A DNA stretch of 63,857 bases, filler included, from an uncultured Gemmatimonadota bacterium (GTDB lineage Bacteria; GCA-2686955), in assembly GCA_964490075.1 (NCBI GenBank). It is 6 parts of 6 records of this genome, joined end to end, with 100 filler letters (N's around TTAATTAATTAA, not from the genome) between each part and the next. Parts side by side here need not be neighbours in the genome. Positions count along the whole stretch, not along the records: positions 1 to 12,747 come from CAZBBK010000099.1; 5 more parts are not named here. One strand, given 5' to 3'. The notes beneath the pieces are model-generated. The model saw only the letters and a list, made by a program, of their open reading frames with translations. It was not told the DNA's origin and did no database searches. Below, piece after piece: positions 1 through 12,320 of the stretch. The first letter of the stretch is position 1, and each line of letters begins with the position of its first letter. The position numbers and the translations under genes are program-made.

Positions 1-1
1 C

Positions 2-2284
2 ATAGGCTCCCATGTCGGAACGCGCGCCGTTCCGGTAGCCGTTCGGCCATTTGGGGTGCGCGTCATGGATCTGGTCGAAACGCGTCGGATCTCCGGCATC
101 GATGCAGGGCGAGCCGGGGGCCAGAACGTGGTCGAGCGATCGATAGGATCTGAAGAGAGGATCGCTGTCGATGTTCGCGACACCGGGCCAGCCGCCCTCG
201 ACGTCGGAGTAGCGGACGATCGCCAGCTGGAGCTGGTCGTGGATCGCCTCGGGGAAGTTGTCCCAGAGAATGCAGTTGGTCAGCACCGGCACGGAGTCGG
301 AGTTGACGCGGATCGCTCCGCCGCGGATCCCGGAGTTGCCCACCAGCGTACAGTTCTTGATCCAGGGGGACGCTTCCCGGCTGATTCGCATCGCGCCGCC
401 GTCGTCGGCGTAGTTGCCTATCATCAGGCAGTTGGCGATGACTGGATCGGATCCGTCAACGATCTCCACGGCTCCCGAGTTGTACGAGACATTGTCGCGA
501 AACACGCAGTGTGTCAGCGTTCCGGTGGATTGGGAGAAGAGCAGCGCGCCGCCGGCATCGGCGTCGGAGCTGTTGGCGACGAAGCGGCACTGCACGATGG
601 TCGGTGACGACTCGATGGCGGCGATCGCGCCGGCCCAGAAGCTGGCGTCGTTGTTCTCGAACCAGGAGTGGGTAATCGTCGGAGAGGAGCTCCTGATCTC
701 TATGGCGCCGCCGCCCTGAGCCCTGTTGTCGATCAATCGGCAGCGATCGATCTCGATCGAGGCTCCGTCGATGCATTGGATCCCCCCGCCACGCAGGCCC
801 CATCCGTGCTGCACCGTGATTCCGGAGATCACCGTCTGCGCCGAGCCCAGGCCGATGAACTCCAGCGGTCGTCCTGCCCCCGCCCCGTCCATCACCGTCT
901 CCGCGACCGTCGTGGAATCCCGAGGATCGGTGCCGAGCAACTTGACCGAGTGGCGGCGCAGGTAGATGCCGTGTTCGGTGTAGGTACCCGGGGAGAGCAG
1001 AATGGTGTCGCCGTCGCAGGCAACTCGGAAGGCCTCGCGAATCGTCGGCTGCTGCTCCGGAACGCGCCACTCGACCGGCGCGTGGGCGCGCGGCACGGTG
1101 CAGCCCCGCTCCAGGGCACCAACCAGCTCGTCGCCGTCGAGGAGGCAGGGGGACTGGTCGCCGACGCCGAGATCCTCTCCACCGCAACCGCCGTCGCAGA
1201 AGAGGGGATCTTCATCGAAGTTCTCCTCTCCGGGCCACCCCCCCTGCACATCGGAGCCCTTCACATCGACCGTTCCGGCCTGGACGAAGATCTCCGCGGG
1301 AAGATCCTCCCAGAGCACGCAGCTCTCGATCCGCAGGCCGCCGGTGGTTCGCCCGTAGACGGCACCGCCGGAATCGCTCGCCCAGTTGCGCGTGAGCGTA
1401 CAGTTGGTGAGGCTCACCGAGGATTCCGCCTTTGCATACAGAGCTCCGCCGTCGTCGTAGGCCCGGCCGTCGGAGATCGTGGTGAAGGTCGCGCTGAGGA
1501 TCGCTTTGTCCGTGACGTGAAGCGCACCGCCATCGCTGTCGGCCCGATTGCGTTGCAGCCTGCTTGCGTCGATCGAGCACGAGCTCCTTCCCTCGGCGAA
1601 GACCGCACCGCCGTCCTCCTCGGCCCAGTTACGCACCAGCGAGCAGCCATCGATCCCCGCGAAAGAGGAGTCGGCCAGCGCGAGCCCACCCCCATTCTTC
1701 CAAGCCCGGTTCCCCGCGAAGGTGGTCAGCTCGAAGCGCGGCGCCGATCCGCCCGCGCAGTAGGCTCCGCCTCCCGAAGAGAACGCGGTGCCGGTCGCGG
1801 AGTTGTCCGCGATGCGGCAGGAGACGAATTGGGGGGACGCGTTCGAGCAGTAGGCGCCGCCGCCGTGCTCATCCGCGGTGTTCCCATCGATGATGCAGTG
1901 GAGGAAGGTCGGAGAGGCCGCCAGACAGTGGACTCCTCCCCCAAAGGTCCCGTGCCCGCCGGTCAGGCGCAGTCCCGCGAGCACGCTGCCGCTCCCCTCC
2001 CCGCCAGAAAAGACCGCGACGAGACCCGCTCCCGCGGCATCCACGACGGTGGCGGCGACGACCGCGGAGTCGGCGGGAGCTGTCCCGGTGACCGTGATCG
2101 CACGAGCACCGAGGTCGAGGGTCTCGAGGTAGGTGCCGGGCTGCACGAGGACCGAATCCCCGTCGCTGGAGGCTTCGATCGCGTCCTGGATTCGGTTGTG
2201 GTCGCCCGGGACATCGAGGATCCGGGCCGTGGCGGCGGTGGGCAGCGCCAGCAAAAGCGCGCAGATGGAAATTCGTGATGGCAT
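2..2284 (-). CDS. Secreted right-handed parallel beta-helix repeat protein with two modules, 3' truncated by the window edge
   Basis: Absent from the ORF track because it runs off the edge. Read by hand from ATG 2284: MPSRISICALLLALPTAATA signal, then RILDVPGDHNRIQDAIEASSDGDSVLVQPGTY and GGGxxC..SP repeats. A second module begins near 1085, and the frame ends ...SDMGAY in register with the start. Confidence 0.85.
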   Translation of the reverse strand, partial: MPSRISICALLLALPTAATARILDVPGDHNRIQDAIEASSDGDSVLVQPGTYLETLDLGARAITVTGTAPADSAVVAATVVDAAGAGLVAVFSGGEGSGSVLAGLRLTGGHGTFGGGVHCLAASPTFLHCIIDGNTADEHGGGAYCSNASPQFVSCRIADNSATGTAFSSGGGAYCAGGSAPRFELTTFAGNRAWKNGGGLALADSSFAGIDGCSLVRNWAEEDGGAVFAEGRSSCSIDASRLQRNRADSDGGALHVTDKAILSATFTTISDGRAYDDGGALYAKAESSVSLTNCTLTRNWASDSGGAVYGRTTGGLRIESCVLWEDLPAEIFVQAGTVDVKGSDVQGGWPGEENFDEDPLFCDGGCGGEDLGVGDQSPCLLDGDELVGALERGCTVPRAHAPVEWRVPEQQPTIREAFRVACDGDTILLSPGTYTEHGIYLRRHSVKLLGTDPRDSTTVAETVMDGAGAGRPLEFIGLGSAQTVISGITVQHGWGLRGGGIQCIDGASIEIDRCRLIDNRAQGGGAIEIRSSSPTITHSWFENNDASFWAGAIAAIESSPTIVQCRFVANSSDADAGGALLFSQSTGTLTHCVFRDNVSYNSGAVEIVDGSDPVIANCLMIGNYADDGGAMRISREASPWIKNCTLVGNSGIRGGAIRVNSDSVPVLTNCILWDNFPEAIHDQLQLAIVRYSDVEGGWPGVANIDSDPLFRSYRSLDHVLAPGSPCIDAGDPTRFDQIHDAHPKWPNGYRNGARSDMGAY

Positions 2285-2400
2285 CTCGTCCGTCTCTCCT
2301 GTCTCGCTGGTTCCTGGCTCGGCCACGCCACTCCTGCCTGCTCATTATAACGTGATTTCGCGCGCTATATGGAACATCCATTGCGGTCCCGTTGCCTGGG

Positions 2401-2429
2401 TTGACACCAAACTACTAAGGCCTATAGTA
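2401..2429 (+). promoter_or_regulatory. Sigma70-type promoter overlapped by a BlaI-type operator
   Basis: TTGACA (2401-2406), 16 bp spacer, TATAGT (2423-2428). Inverted repeat TACTAA-N5-ATAGTA at 2413-2429, upstream of the BlaI-family gene. Confidence 0.75.
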
Positions 2430-2451
2430 GGTGCCATTCTGGAGATTCTCG

Positions 2452-2877
2452 ATGAAAGGCATTCGCTTCCGCCCCGAGCAAGAGGGGCTGCGCGCCACGC
2501 TCTTCGACCTGGAGGCCGACATCATGGAGGTGGTCTGGTCGAAGGGGTGGAGCGAATTTGCCGTGGCCGATGTGCAGCGCGTGCTGCGGCAGAGCCGCGA
2601 GATCGCCTATACGACGGTGATGACCACCGTGGGGCGCCTACACGACAAGGGGTTGCTCGATCGAGTCCGGGACGGCCGACGCTATCTCTACCAGCCGCGC
2701 TTGAGCCGTGACCAGTTCTCCGAGGCGATGGCCCACGAGCTGCTCGGGAGTCTCTCGGGACTGTGTCACGAGCAGGCCCTGGCGCTCCTGGTCAAACAAG
2801 TCGCCGAATCCGACGCGGATGAGCTTCGCGAGCTCGAAGCGCTGATCGAGAGGCGCAAGAGGGAGCTGGGTGGATGA
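2452..2877 (+). CDS. BlaI/MecI/CopY family transcriptional repressor
   Basis: [10 protein letters not shown]...[32 protein letters not shown] winged-HTH signature. ATG 2452 follows GGAG. Confidence 0.93.
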   Translation: MKGIRFRPEQEGLRATLFDLEADIMEVVWSKGWSEFAVADVQRVLRQSREIAYTTVMTTVGRLHDKGLLDRVRDGRRYLYQPRLSRDQFSEAMAHELLGSLSGLCHEQALALLVKQVAESDADELRELEALIERRKRELGG

Positions 2878-3899
2878 CGGAGCTGGTCTTCCCGGTGGTC
2901 GGGGCGACGGTGGTGTTCTGGGTGGCGGTGCCGCTGCTCAGCCTGGTGGCCTGGGCCCTGTTGGCCTTGGCGAGAGATCGCAACCCCAGCATCGATGGGC
3001 AAGCAAGTTCGTGGCGCTACGCGCTGACCATCGCTCCGACTCTCGCCCCGGTGATCTGGCTGGTCTCGGCCAGCATCCATCAAGCCGAGCGTGGGGCTCC
3101 CGTCGCCGCCTGCGTGATCGACCATCTCGGTGGTGAGCTGTGCCGGGACGTGGTGTTGTTCGGATCCGTGCTCTTCGCCATCCTGGGGGTCGGAGTCGCG
3201 AGCAGAATCGGCGGCGAGCGCGCCCCGCGGCGTCGAACGCCGGTTTCGACCTCGTCGCCGGCGGCCGCGAGGTTGCGACGGATTTGCTCCGGTCACCACG
3301 CGCTGGCGCCCTTCGCCGGACGCGTGCGCGTCGTGGAACGAGGCCTGGCTCCGATCTGCACCCGCGGTCTGCTGCGACCCACGGTCGAGATCGAGGCGGG
3401 AATCGCCGACCAGCTCGGCGACCGGGAGCTGCAAGCGGCGCTGCTCCATGAGCTCGACCACGCCCGCGCCGGGGATCCCTTGCGACTCCTCGTCGCCCAG
3501 GTGGCGCTCACTCTGAATCCCCTGGGGCGTCTGCTCGAGGCCGAGCTCGGGCGCTTCTGGTTCGCGCGCGAAGTGACCTGCGACCGCCGCGCGGTGCAGC
3601 TCGGCGCCGATCCCCTGTCGCTGGCTCGCAGCATCGTGGCGGTGGCCGGAGAGGGATCGGCGCCGGCGCCCGCCGTCGGACTGGGAAGTCACGACGTCGC
3701 TGGAATCCGGGTCCGGGTTCATCTGCTTCTGGGCTACGCGACCCGACGACCCGCGCCGGCTCCGGCCCGCGCCCGGGTCGACCTGCCTGCCCTGGCCACG
3801 GCCCTCATGGCCACGCTGCCGCACGTGACCGGTACGGGCCCGCTCGATCTGCTCCATCGCGGCGTGGAAAGCGCGGCTCTGTTGATCGGAATCGGCTGA
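2874..3899 (+). CDS. M56/M48 family membrane zinc metallopeptidase (BlaR1-like)
   Basis: N-terminal TM helices, ALLHELDH (HExxH) and REVTCD motif. ATGA overlap with the BlaI gene. Confidence 0.9.
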   Translation: MTELVFPVVGATVVFWVAVPLLSLVAWALLALARDRNPSIDGQASSWRYALTIAPTLAPVIWLVSASIHQAERGAPVAACVIDHLGGELCRDVVLFGSVLFAILGVGVASRIGGERAPRRRTPVSTSSPAAARLRRICSGHHALAPFAGRVRVVERGLAPICTRGLLRPTVEIEAGIADQLGDRELQAALLHELDHARAGDPLRLLVAQVALTLNPLGRLLEAELGRFWFAREVTCDRRAVQLGADPLSLARSIVAVAGEGSAPAPAVGLGSHDVAGIRVRVHLLLGYATRRPAPAPARARVDLPALATALMATLPHVTGTGPLDLLHRGVESAALLIGIG

Positions 3900-3944
3900 G
3901 ACAATGAAACGATTCGACTCGAAGTCCGGCCACGCGCCGGCGAC

Positions 3945-3961
3945 TACTATTCGCCATAGTA
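3945..3961. promoter_or_regulatory. Second BlaI-type operator in front of tolC
   Basis: Perfect inverted repeat TACTAT-TCGCC-ATAGTA with the same architecture as 2413-2429. Confidence 0.65.
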
Positions 3962-3963
3962 AA

Positions 3964-5321
3964 GTGCCGCTGTGGGTGCCGCTGGGTGTCATCCTGGCGA
4001 CATTCTTCCCGGCGGAGGCTGAAATCCGACCCGGGAGAAGCTCGATCGAGCACATCCCAGCCCTTCGGGTGCCGGATATTCCGCTGCCGGATCCGGTCGA
4101 GGTCGGAGAGGTGTCGCTCGACGGAATCCTCGCCTTCGCCGATCGAAACGCGCCTGAGCTGCACCTGGCGCGGGCGCGACTCGATCTGGGCGCCGCGGCG
4201 GTCGCGGATGCCGCCCCTCTGTTGCCCGAAAATCCGCAGCTTTCCATCGGCGCCGGGCCGAGGCGTGGACGCGAGGGGACGTACACCGATTTCGGCGTTT
4301 CGCTTGCCCAGCGTTTCGAGATCGCCGGCGAGCGCGGATTGCGGCTCGAAGCGGCCAGGCGCACCAAGGAACGCCTGGAGGCCGAGCTCGCCGAGGCGCG
4401 TTGGGGCGTGCATCGAGATGTCCATGCGGCCTTCCATCGCGCGTTGGTCGCTCGTGAGCGAGGGGCGGCCGCCGAAAGACTGCTCGGCTTCCAGGAGCAG
4501 CTGCTCGACGTCACGCGCAGGAGGCTCCGAGCGGGCGACACTTCCGCCCTGGCGGTGCGGGTTGCCGAGGGCGAGCTGAGTCAGGCTCGGGTCGCCCAGG
4601 TCGGCGCGCGCCAGGACTACCTGGGCGCACGCCTCGAGCTGGGGGCTTTCGCGGGCTGGCCGGCAAGCCACCCGCCGGCGCCGGCGGGAACGCTCGACCA
4701 AGCACACGATCCGCCGTCGCACCAGACACTCGTGGAGGCCGCGCGCCGCCACCAGCCGCGCTCCAAGACCTTGCAGGCCGCGTCCACCGAAGCCGACGCA
4801 CGCGCGCGGGCCGCCGACCGCGAAGCCTGGCCCGAGCCGACTCTCGGCATCGAGCTGTCCCGCGAGGGGGCTCCGTCCGGACTGGAGGAGAAGACAGCGC
4901 ACCTGACGCTCTCGCTCCCCATCCCACTCGGGCGACGCAATCAGGGGCCGCGCGCCGCCGCCCGGGCCGAGGCACGCATCGCCCAGGCCGAAGAGCGAGC
5001 GTTCGGCTCGCGACTCGACTCCCGGATCGCTCGCCACCGAAGCGCCGTCGCGGCCGCGGCGGCGCGCCTGCGTGCCTTCGGGACCGAGATCCTGCCCACT
5101 TTCGAGGAAAACCTGCGCCTTATCCAGCGCGCCTTGGAGCTCGGTGAGATCGACATTCTGCAGGTCTCGGTCGCCCGCGAGCGTTTCTTGCACATCCAGA
5201 ACGACGCACTCGACGCCTACTCGGACTACTTCCGGGCGGTGGCGGATCTGGAGGCGTCAATCGGCACCGACCTGTGGCCCGATGACCACCACGAGGTCTC
5301 CGCGCCGCGGGAGGACCGACC

Positions 5322-5325
<4 letters not shown>
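3964..5325 (+). CDS. TolC/CzcC family outer membrane efflux protein
   Basis: ENPQLSIG, helical OEP repeats, GEIDILQV. The ORF track starts at 3904, but GTG 3964 gives a signal peptide ([19 protein letters not shown]) and lies just after the operator. Confidence 0.85.
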
Positions 5326-7518
<2,193 letters not shown>

Positions 7519-7567
7519 GGGCCGGCGCCGCCGCCCCGCGACCCGCGGGGTCCTGTAGTCTGATCCA

Positions 7568-8050
7568 ATGCAGATCCGAGTCGAGACCCGGCGCCGGCGC
7601 GAGATCGGCGCCGCTCCAGACCAGGTGTTCGCGCTGCTGGCCGACGTGCCCGATTCAGTCGCCCACTTCCCCGATGTGCTGGAGCTGGTGTCGGAGCAAG
7701 GCGGCTACACCTGGCACATGAAGCCGGAACGGATCGGCCCGGTGCGGGTGCAGACCATCTACGCCTGTCGCTACCGGATCGATCGCGAGCGCCGCTCGGT
7801 CCTCTGGGAGCCGATCGCCGGCATCGGCAACGCGCTGGTGCGCGGCGCCTGGGAGATCGCGCCGGCCGACCCCGGAACCCGGCTCACGCTGCGCACCGAG
7901 TTCGACCTCGAGCTCGACGTCCCACGCCTGTTGCGAGGCGCGGCGCAACCGATCGTGCAAAGCAAGCTCGAACGCTTGCTCGATACCTACCTCGACAACC
8001 TGGTGCGGACCTTCAAGGGTGGCAACGGACGGCTGCGGGACTGGCGATAG
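7568..8050 (+). CDS. SRPBCC/CoxG (START-like) family protein
   Basis: IGAAPDQVFALLADVP...GAWEIAP..GTRL pattern with a C-terminal helix, 160 aa. Confidence 0.8.
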   Translation: MQIRVETRRRREIGAAPDQVFALLADVPDSVAHFPDVLELVSEQGGYTWHMKPERIGPVRVQTIYACRYRIDRERRSVLWEPIAGIGNALVRGAWEIAPADPGTRLTLRTEFDLELDVPRLLRGAAQPIVQSKLERLLDTYLDNLVRTFKGGNGRLRDWR

Positions 8051-8210
8051 GAACCGAGCGGGCGCGTGGCACGCCCGATCACGGCGACGAGTGGCCAGAA
8101 AACGCCAGAGCGCGGCTTCAATGGCCAGAGGCATCCGGTTCGCATACTCCTACTCCAGGCGCCTGGGTCATCTTCTCGGTTGACTCCAGACGCAACCGCG
8201 GGAGATTCCC

Positions 8211-9065
8211 ATGGCAATCGACCCCTCCAGAATCGCCGCAAGGAGCGGCGCGTGCCACCGCTCGGCGCCATTCCTTCTGGCATCCGCCCTGCTGATCTCG
8301 ATCGGTGCTCCCGCCGCGGGCGCCGGCTTCGATCCGACGTCTCTCGAAGATCTGGTGCTCGGCTCCGAGCTGATCTTCCACGGTGTGGTAGAAGATGTGA
8401 CCCACGCGGGGTCGGAACCGATCCGACCGGGGAGCAGCGGCCTGCCGCATACCTTCGTCACCTTTCGGATCGAGCAGATCTTCGCCGGCCGAACCGAGTC
8501 CTCGACACTCACCTTGCGCTTTCGCGGCGGGATCGCCGACGACAGAGCGATCCACCACTACTACTCGGCCAGCCCTCAGTTCGACGTGGGCGACGAAGAT
8601 CTTCTTTTCGTACGCGACAACGGGCGACGCCCCGTCCCGCTCGCCGGTTGGAACCGCGGTCATCTGAGGATCGTCGAAGGTGGAGTCGAGGACCACGCCG
8701 GGCATCGGATCGTCGTCGACCAGACCGGCCGTGTGCGTCCCCTGGTCCGATCGCGCCGGTCTTCCTCCGGTGACACAGACACCTGTCGCGCCGTCCAGTT
8801 CGACGAGGTGGCGACGGTCCTCGAGGGAGTGATCGCGCGAGTCCACACGGCGGCGTCGATCGCCGACCTGCCGCTGGTCTCGAGCGAAGATCCCGCCGCA
8901 CCCTTCCAGGCAACCGAGCCCCGCCCCATGCCGCCCCCCGCTCCGCCCGAGGACGATCTCGCCCCCCGGCCGACCGCCGATCCCGAAGTGCTAGCCCTGC
9001 AAGCCAACGGATTCAACCCCGTGCTGCCGCCCGACGAGGTCGAGCGCCTGGAGGTCATCCGATGA
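8211..9065 (+). CDS. Secreted hypothetical protein resembling the N-terminal domain that often accompanies matrixin-like proteases
   Basis: Signal peptide, LEDLVLGSELIFHGVV...TFVTFRIE...GG...PQFDVGDEDLLF, Pro-rich tail. ATGA-coupled to the next gene. Confidence 0.65.
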   Translation: MAIDPSRIAARSGACHRSAPFLLASALLISIGAPAAGAGFDPTSLEDLVLGSELIFHGVVEDVTHAGSEPIRPGSSGLPHTFVTFRIEQIFAGRTESSTLTLRFRGGIADDRAIHHYYSASPQFDVGDEDLLFVRDNGRRPVPLAGWNRGHLRIVEGGVEDHAGHRIVVDQTGRVRPLVRSRRSSSGDTDTCRAVQFDEVATVLEGVIARVHTAASIADLPLVSSEDPAAPFQATEPRPMPPPAPPEDDLAPRPTADPEVLALQANGFNPVLPPDEVERLEVIR

Positions 9066-10180
9066 ATCGCTCCTTGCTGCTGCTCTTCGCAACCACTGTC
9101 TTCCTTCCCGGCACCGCTCGCGCCTGGGATGCGGAGTTCAACATCAACTCCGACAACCCCACGCTGCGCGCCGCCTCGGTGAGCTTCCCCGCCGGCAACC
9201 CCTACACCGACATTCTGGAGCGTTCGGTCGCCCGCTTCGACAACAACCCGAGCGACTTCTGGTACTCGCTGAGCCTCAACGACGGTTCGGTCTGGCACGG
9301 CAATCTGCAGCACGAGATCTGGTTCGAGGACATGGGAAGCGACGGTCCGCCGGCCACAATCTACTACGCCACCTTCTGCGGGCCGGTGATCGAGTTCGAC
9401 ATCATCTTCAACAGCGCGTTCGGCTGGACTTCGTCCGATTCACGCCACTCGATCGTGGCCTACGGCGGCTCGCACTGGTCGTTCTGGGCGGAAATGATGC
9501 ACATGCTCTGCCACGGCTCCGGCCTGCAACATGAATCGGGAACCTATAACGCCCTCGGCGATGGTCAGCGACACCTCTATCTCAACGGCGACGCGATCCG
9601 CACCGGACCCGGCGAGGATGTCGCGGTCGGACTGGTCAGCCTATACGGATCGTGGAACGGCGCCGGACAAGATCTGGCGGTCACCCACTGGAAACGTACC
9701 GGCAGCGATTCTCGCTGGGACGATCCGGCCTGGGACCTCTACGACCAGATGAGCTGGAACACCGGCGACGATGAGCTCCCCGCCGAGCACGGTCAGACGA
9801 TCATCACCAATCGCTCCGGACAGGAGCTCTCCTATGTCGAAGAGAGCGGCGGAATGCGCCGCTACCTCGTTCCCCGGCGGCGCCGTGGACCGATCGGCGT
9901 ACAGTTCACCTACGAGAACAACGGCCGCTCCAGCCAGACCGTCACGGCGAGCTTCCGTCTCTCGGTCAACAACACGATCACCAACACCGACCACCTTCTG
10001 CGCACCGAGACCTACTCGATGGGCAGAAATACCGTCTGGACCAACACACAAGACGTCGAGATCCCGCCGTGGATCGCCGCCGGCGATTACCATCTCGGCG
10101 TCATCATCGACGGCGACGACAGTGTCAGCGAGGTGAGCGAGTCGAACAACGCCGCCTACCTGGCGATCAGACTGATGTAA
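9062..10180 (+). CDS. Secreted metzincin (matrixin)-like protein with altered active site and C-terminal CARDB-like domain
   Basis: Signal peptide, EFDIIFN, HMLCHGSGLQH (HExxHxxGxxH with E replaced by M), C-terminal GDYHLGVIID...VSEVSESNN. Confidence 0.7.
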   Translation: MNRSLLLLFATTVFLPGTARAWDAEFNINSDNPTLRAASVSFPAGNPYTDILERSVARFDNNPSDFWYSLSLNDGSVWHGNLQHEIWFEDMGSDGPPATIYYATFCGPVIEFDIIFNSAFGWTSSDSRHSIVAYGGSHWSFWAEMMHMLCHGSGLQHESGTYNALGDGQRHLYLNGDAIRTGPGEDVAVGLVSLYGSWNGAGQDLAVTHWKRTGSDSRWDDPAWDLYDQMSWNTGDDELPAEHGQTIITNRSGQELSYVEESGGMRRYLVPRRRRGPIGVQFTYENNGRSSQTVTASFRLSVNNTITNTDHLLRTETYSMGRNTVWTNTQDVEIPPWIAAGDYHLGVIIDGDDSVSEVSESNNAAYLAIRLM

Positions 10181-10193
10181 GGGGCGGGGCGAT

Positions 10194-10237
10194 TCCCCCC
10201 TCTTCCGCGTGGACGGGGCGGAGTAGAAGAGGGGGGA
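10194..10237. terminator. Stem-loop after the 9062..10180 gene
   Basis: TCCCCCCTCTTC ... GAAGAGGGGGGA 12-bp inverted repeat between convergent genes. No U-tract. Confidence 0.4.
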
Positions 10238-10420
10238 CAGACCTCGGCCGGGACCCCGAACCGCTGCGGCATCGAGCCCGGTGATTTGGAAGATCCCGCT
10301 TCACGGGGGAGCGCACCTTGCCCCCGGCCCGGCGGAATCGCTCCGCTCCGCGCACCGGGCGAGATCCGCCAACACCGAAGAAGGGCGACCCCGACTGGCA
10401 CCCGCTCCGTAGGATGGAAG

Positions 10421-10732
10421 CTATCTCACGATGATCCTGCCCTGCTCGAGCTCGGTCAGCAGCGCGGGCTGGGCCAGCGCCGGCAGCGGGTCGCTGCGCC
10501 AGTCGAGTGCATATTCGAGGGCCGCCTGGCCATCGTGCACATGCGCCGGCGCCGTCGTGGTGGTGAGACTCGCATCTGGGGGGAGGCCGTTGGCCGTGAT
10601 CAGAAAGAAGGGCTGCTGGCCGTCTTCGAAGTCGACCAGATCTTGATCGGGCACGGTGGCGGCGCCAGCGGCCGACACGATCGCGAGGATTGGGGCGAGG
10701 GCCGATATCGATCGCAAGGGATGGTCGAACAT
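10421..10732 (-). CDS. Small secreted hypothetical protein, possibly a truncated remnant
   Basis: ATG 10732, signal-like LAPILAIVSAAGA, then LVDFEDG...VHDGQAALEY resembling the start of a carbohydrate-binding domain. It stops early. Confidence 0.4.
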   Translation of the reverse strand: MFDHPLRSISALAPILAIVSAAGAATVPDQDLVDFEDGQQPFFLITANGLPPDASLTTTTAPAHVHDGQAALEYALDWRSDPLPALAQPALLTELEQGRIIVR

Positions 10733-10911
10733 GGCGCGGTCCGGTGGAGGTGAGGTCGCTTTGGCGGGTGGAAGCCGCGGATACCAAAGACCTTGACCCG
10801 ACACAAGACGGCTCCGAGAGCGGATCGACTCGGGAACAGAGCCAGGGGCCCGGCCAGGTCACCGGGCTCAGGCTTCGCGCTTCGGGCTTCGGAGAGTCGA
10901 TCGCGCGGACC

Positions 10912-12111
10912 CTAGATCAACTGCGCGAGGAGCGTGCGCGCGGGCACGCGCACCGGGGTCTGGTACTCGAATAGGTCGGCCTCGACAGCATCGAGATCGA
11001 AGGCGAGTTGAAAGGCGTGGCGAACCTGGAGCTGCCCGGCGAAGTAGTGCAGATGCCGACTGAGGCTCGGGCTCGCCGATGACTTGACCTCGACGAGAAA
11101 CCAGGGCTCGCCGTCCCGTGTCACCAGGAAATCGACCTCTCGCCGTACCTTGTCCCGCAAATAGAAGAGGCCGTACTCCCCGAGGCCCAGATCGGTCCAC
11201 CACTGAACCGCCTTCAGCAGGTGCGAAGCCACGAGGTTTTCGCGGCGCGCTCCCGCGTCCGCGACCCCGCTCCAGTCCCAAAGGTAGACCTTGGGCTGCT
11301 TGCGCAACGACTTCGGCACGTTGCGGAACCACGGCCGGACGGTGTAGCAGAAGAACAGCGACTCGAGCGCGGTGATCCAGCGGCGAATCGTGTCGACCGC
11401 GACGTTCACCTGCCCGGCGAGGGAGCTGTAATTCACGAGCTGCCCCGCCTGGTTCGCCAAGAGCTCCGCGAGAACCTGGACCTGCCCCGCCTCCTGAATC
11501 CGCGTGAGATCACGAAGGTCCTCGTGGAAGAGGAGCTCGGTCCGGAGCCGCCGCCAGCGATTGGAGAAGCGTCGGGTCCCGTTCAGAAAGGGCTCCGGGA
11601 ACCCGCCGAGCTCGAGGAGCGCATCCAGCGCGGATCGGTCGATCCGCACCGGCTCACGAATCTCCGACTCCGAGAGCTCGGTCGAGCCCAGCTCGGCCAG
11701 GCTGAGCGGATGCATCCGATAGGGGAAGTAGCGCCCCATCAGGCTGTCGCCACCGCGGCGATAGACGTTCAATCGGGCACTCCCGGTCACGATGACGGTG
11801 GACCGGTCTCCGTACACGTCGAAGAACCCCTTCAGGAAGGAGCTCCACTTTCGGTACTTGTGAATCTCGTCGAAGATCACGAGTTGGCTGGTCGACCTCG
11901 GTCTGTGGAGATCCAGATCGTCGGCCACCGCATCCGGCCCGCGCGTGATCAGCAGTCTATCGGACTGGCGATCCCAGGTGTGGTAGCGGTGGTCGGGGGC
12001 GGATGCCCGCGATGTCGTGGTCTTCCCGACCTGCCGAGGCCCGCTCAGCATGACCATCTGCCGGTGTTCTCTGATGTGCTCGGCCAGGGCGGCCTCGTAG
12101 ACTCTCCGCAT
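10912..12111 (-). CDS. AAA_14 ATPase with DUF4143 domain
   Basis: GPRQVGKTT Walker A, IFDEIHK Walker B, TGSAR, GGFPE, KQPKVYLWD, REVDF...VEVKS. Confidence 0.92.
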   Translation of the reverse strand: MRRVYEAALAEHIREHRQMVMLSGPRQVGKTTTSRASAPDHRYHTWDRQSDRLLITRGPDAVADDLDLHRPRSTSQLVIFDEIHKYRKWSSFLKGFFDVYGDRSTVIVTGSARLNVYRRGGDSLMGRYFPYRMHPLSLAELGSTELSESEIREPVRIDRSALDALLELGGFPEPFLNGTRRFSNRWRRLRTELLFHEDLRDLTRIQEAGQVQVLAELLANQAGQLVNYSSLAGQVNVAVDTIRRWITALESLFFCYTVRPWFRNVPKSLRKQPKVYLWDWSGVADAGARRENLVASHLLKAVQWWTDLGLGEYGLFYLRDKVRREVDFLVTRDGEPWFLVEVKSSASPSLSRHLHYFAGQLQVRHAFQLAFDLDAVEADLFEYQTPVRVPARTLLAQLI

Positions 12112-12320
12112 GGCCGCAAGGTAGTGTGGGCCCCGGGCAAGATCAAGACTGTTTTACTGTCAATCGTAAAATGGTCCGCACCATCCTACGATTGCCGAGA
12201 ACTTGGTCCGGTTGCGAGAGTGTCGGGTCGGCGTGGCCCAGAGGGCGGCCGTTGCGTATTGGGGGCTGGTTCGATTTCTTCGAACCATCGAGGTGATAAA
12301 GCAGAGCCAATGCCGCGGGA

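Noticed and set aside
668-2278. Long plus-strand ORFs here and similar ones at 13651, 20194, 37984 (minus), 56725 and 61018 (minus)
   Set aside because: Antisense shadows of real genes, as expected at high GC. They show no recognisable motifs.
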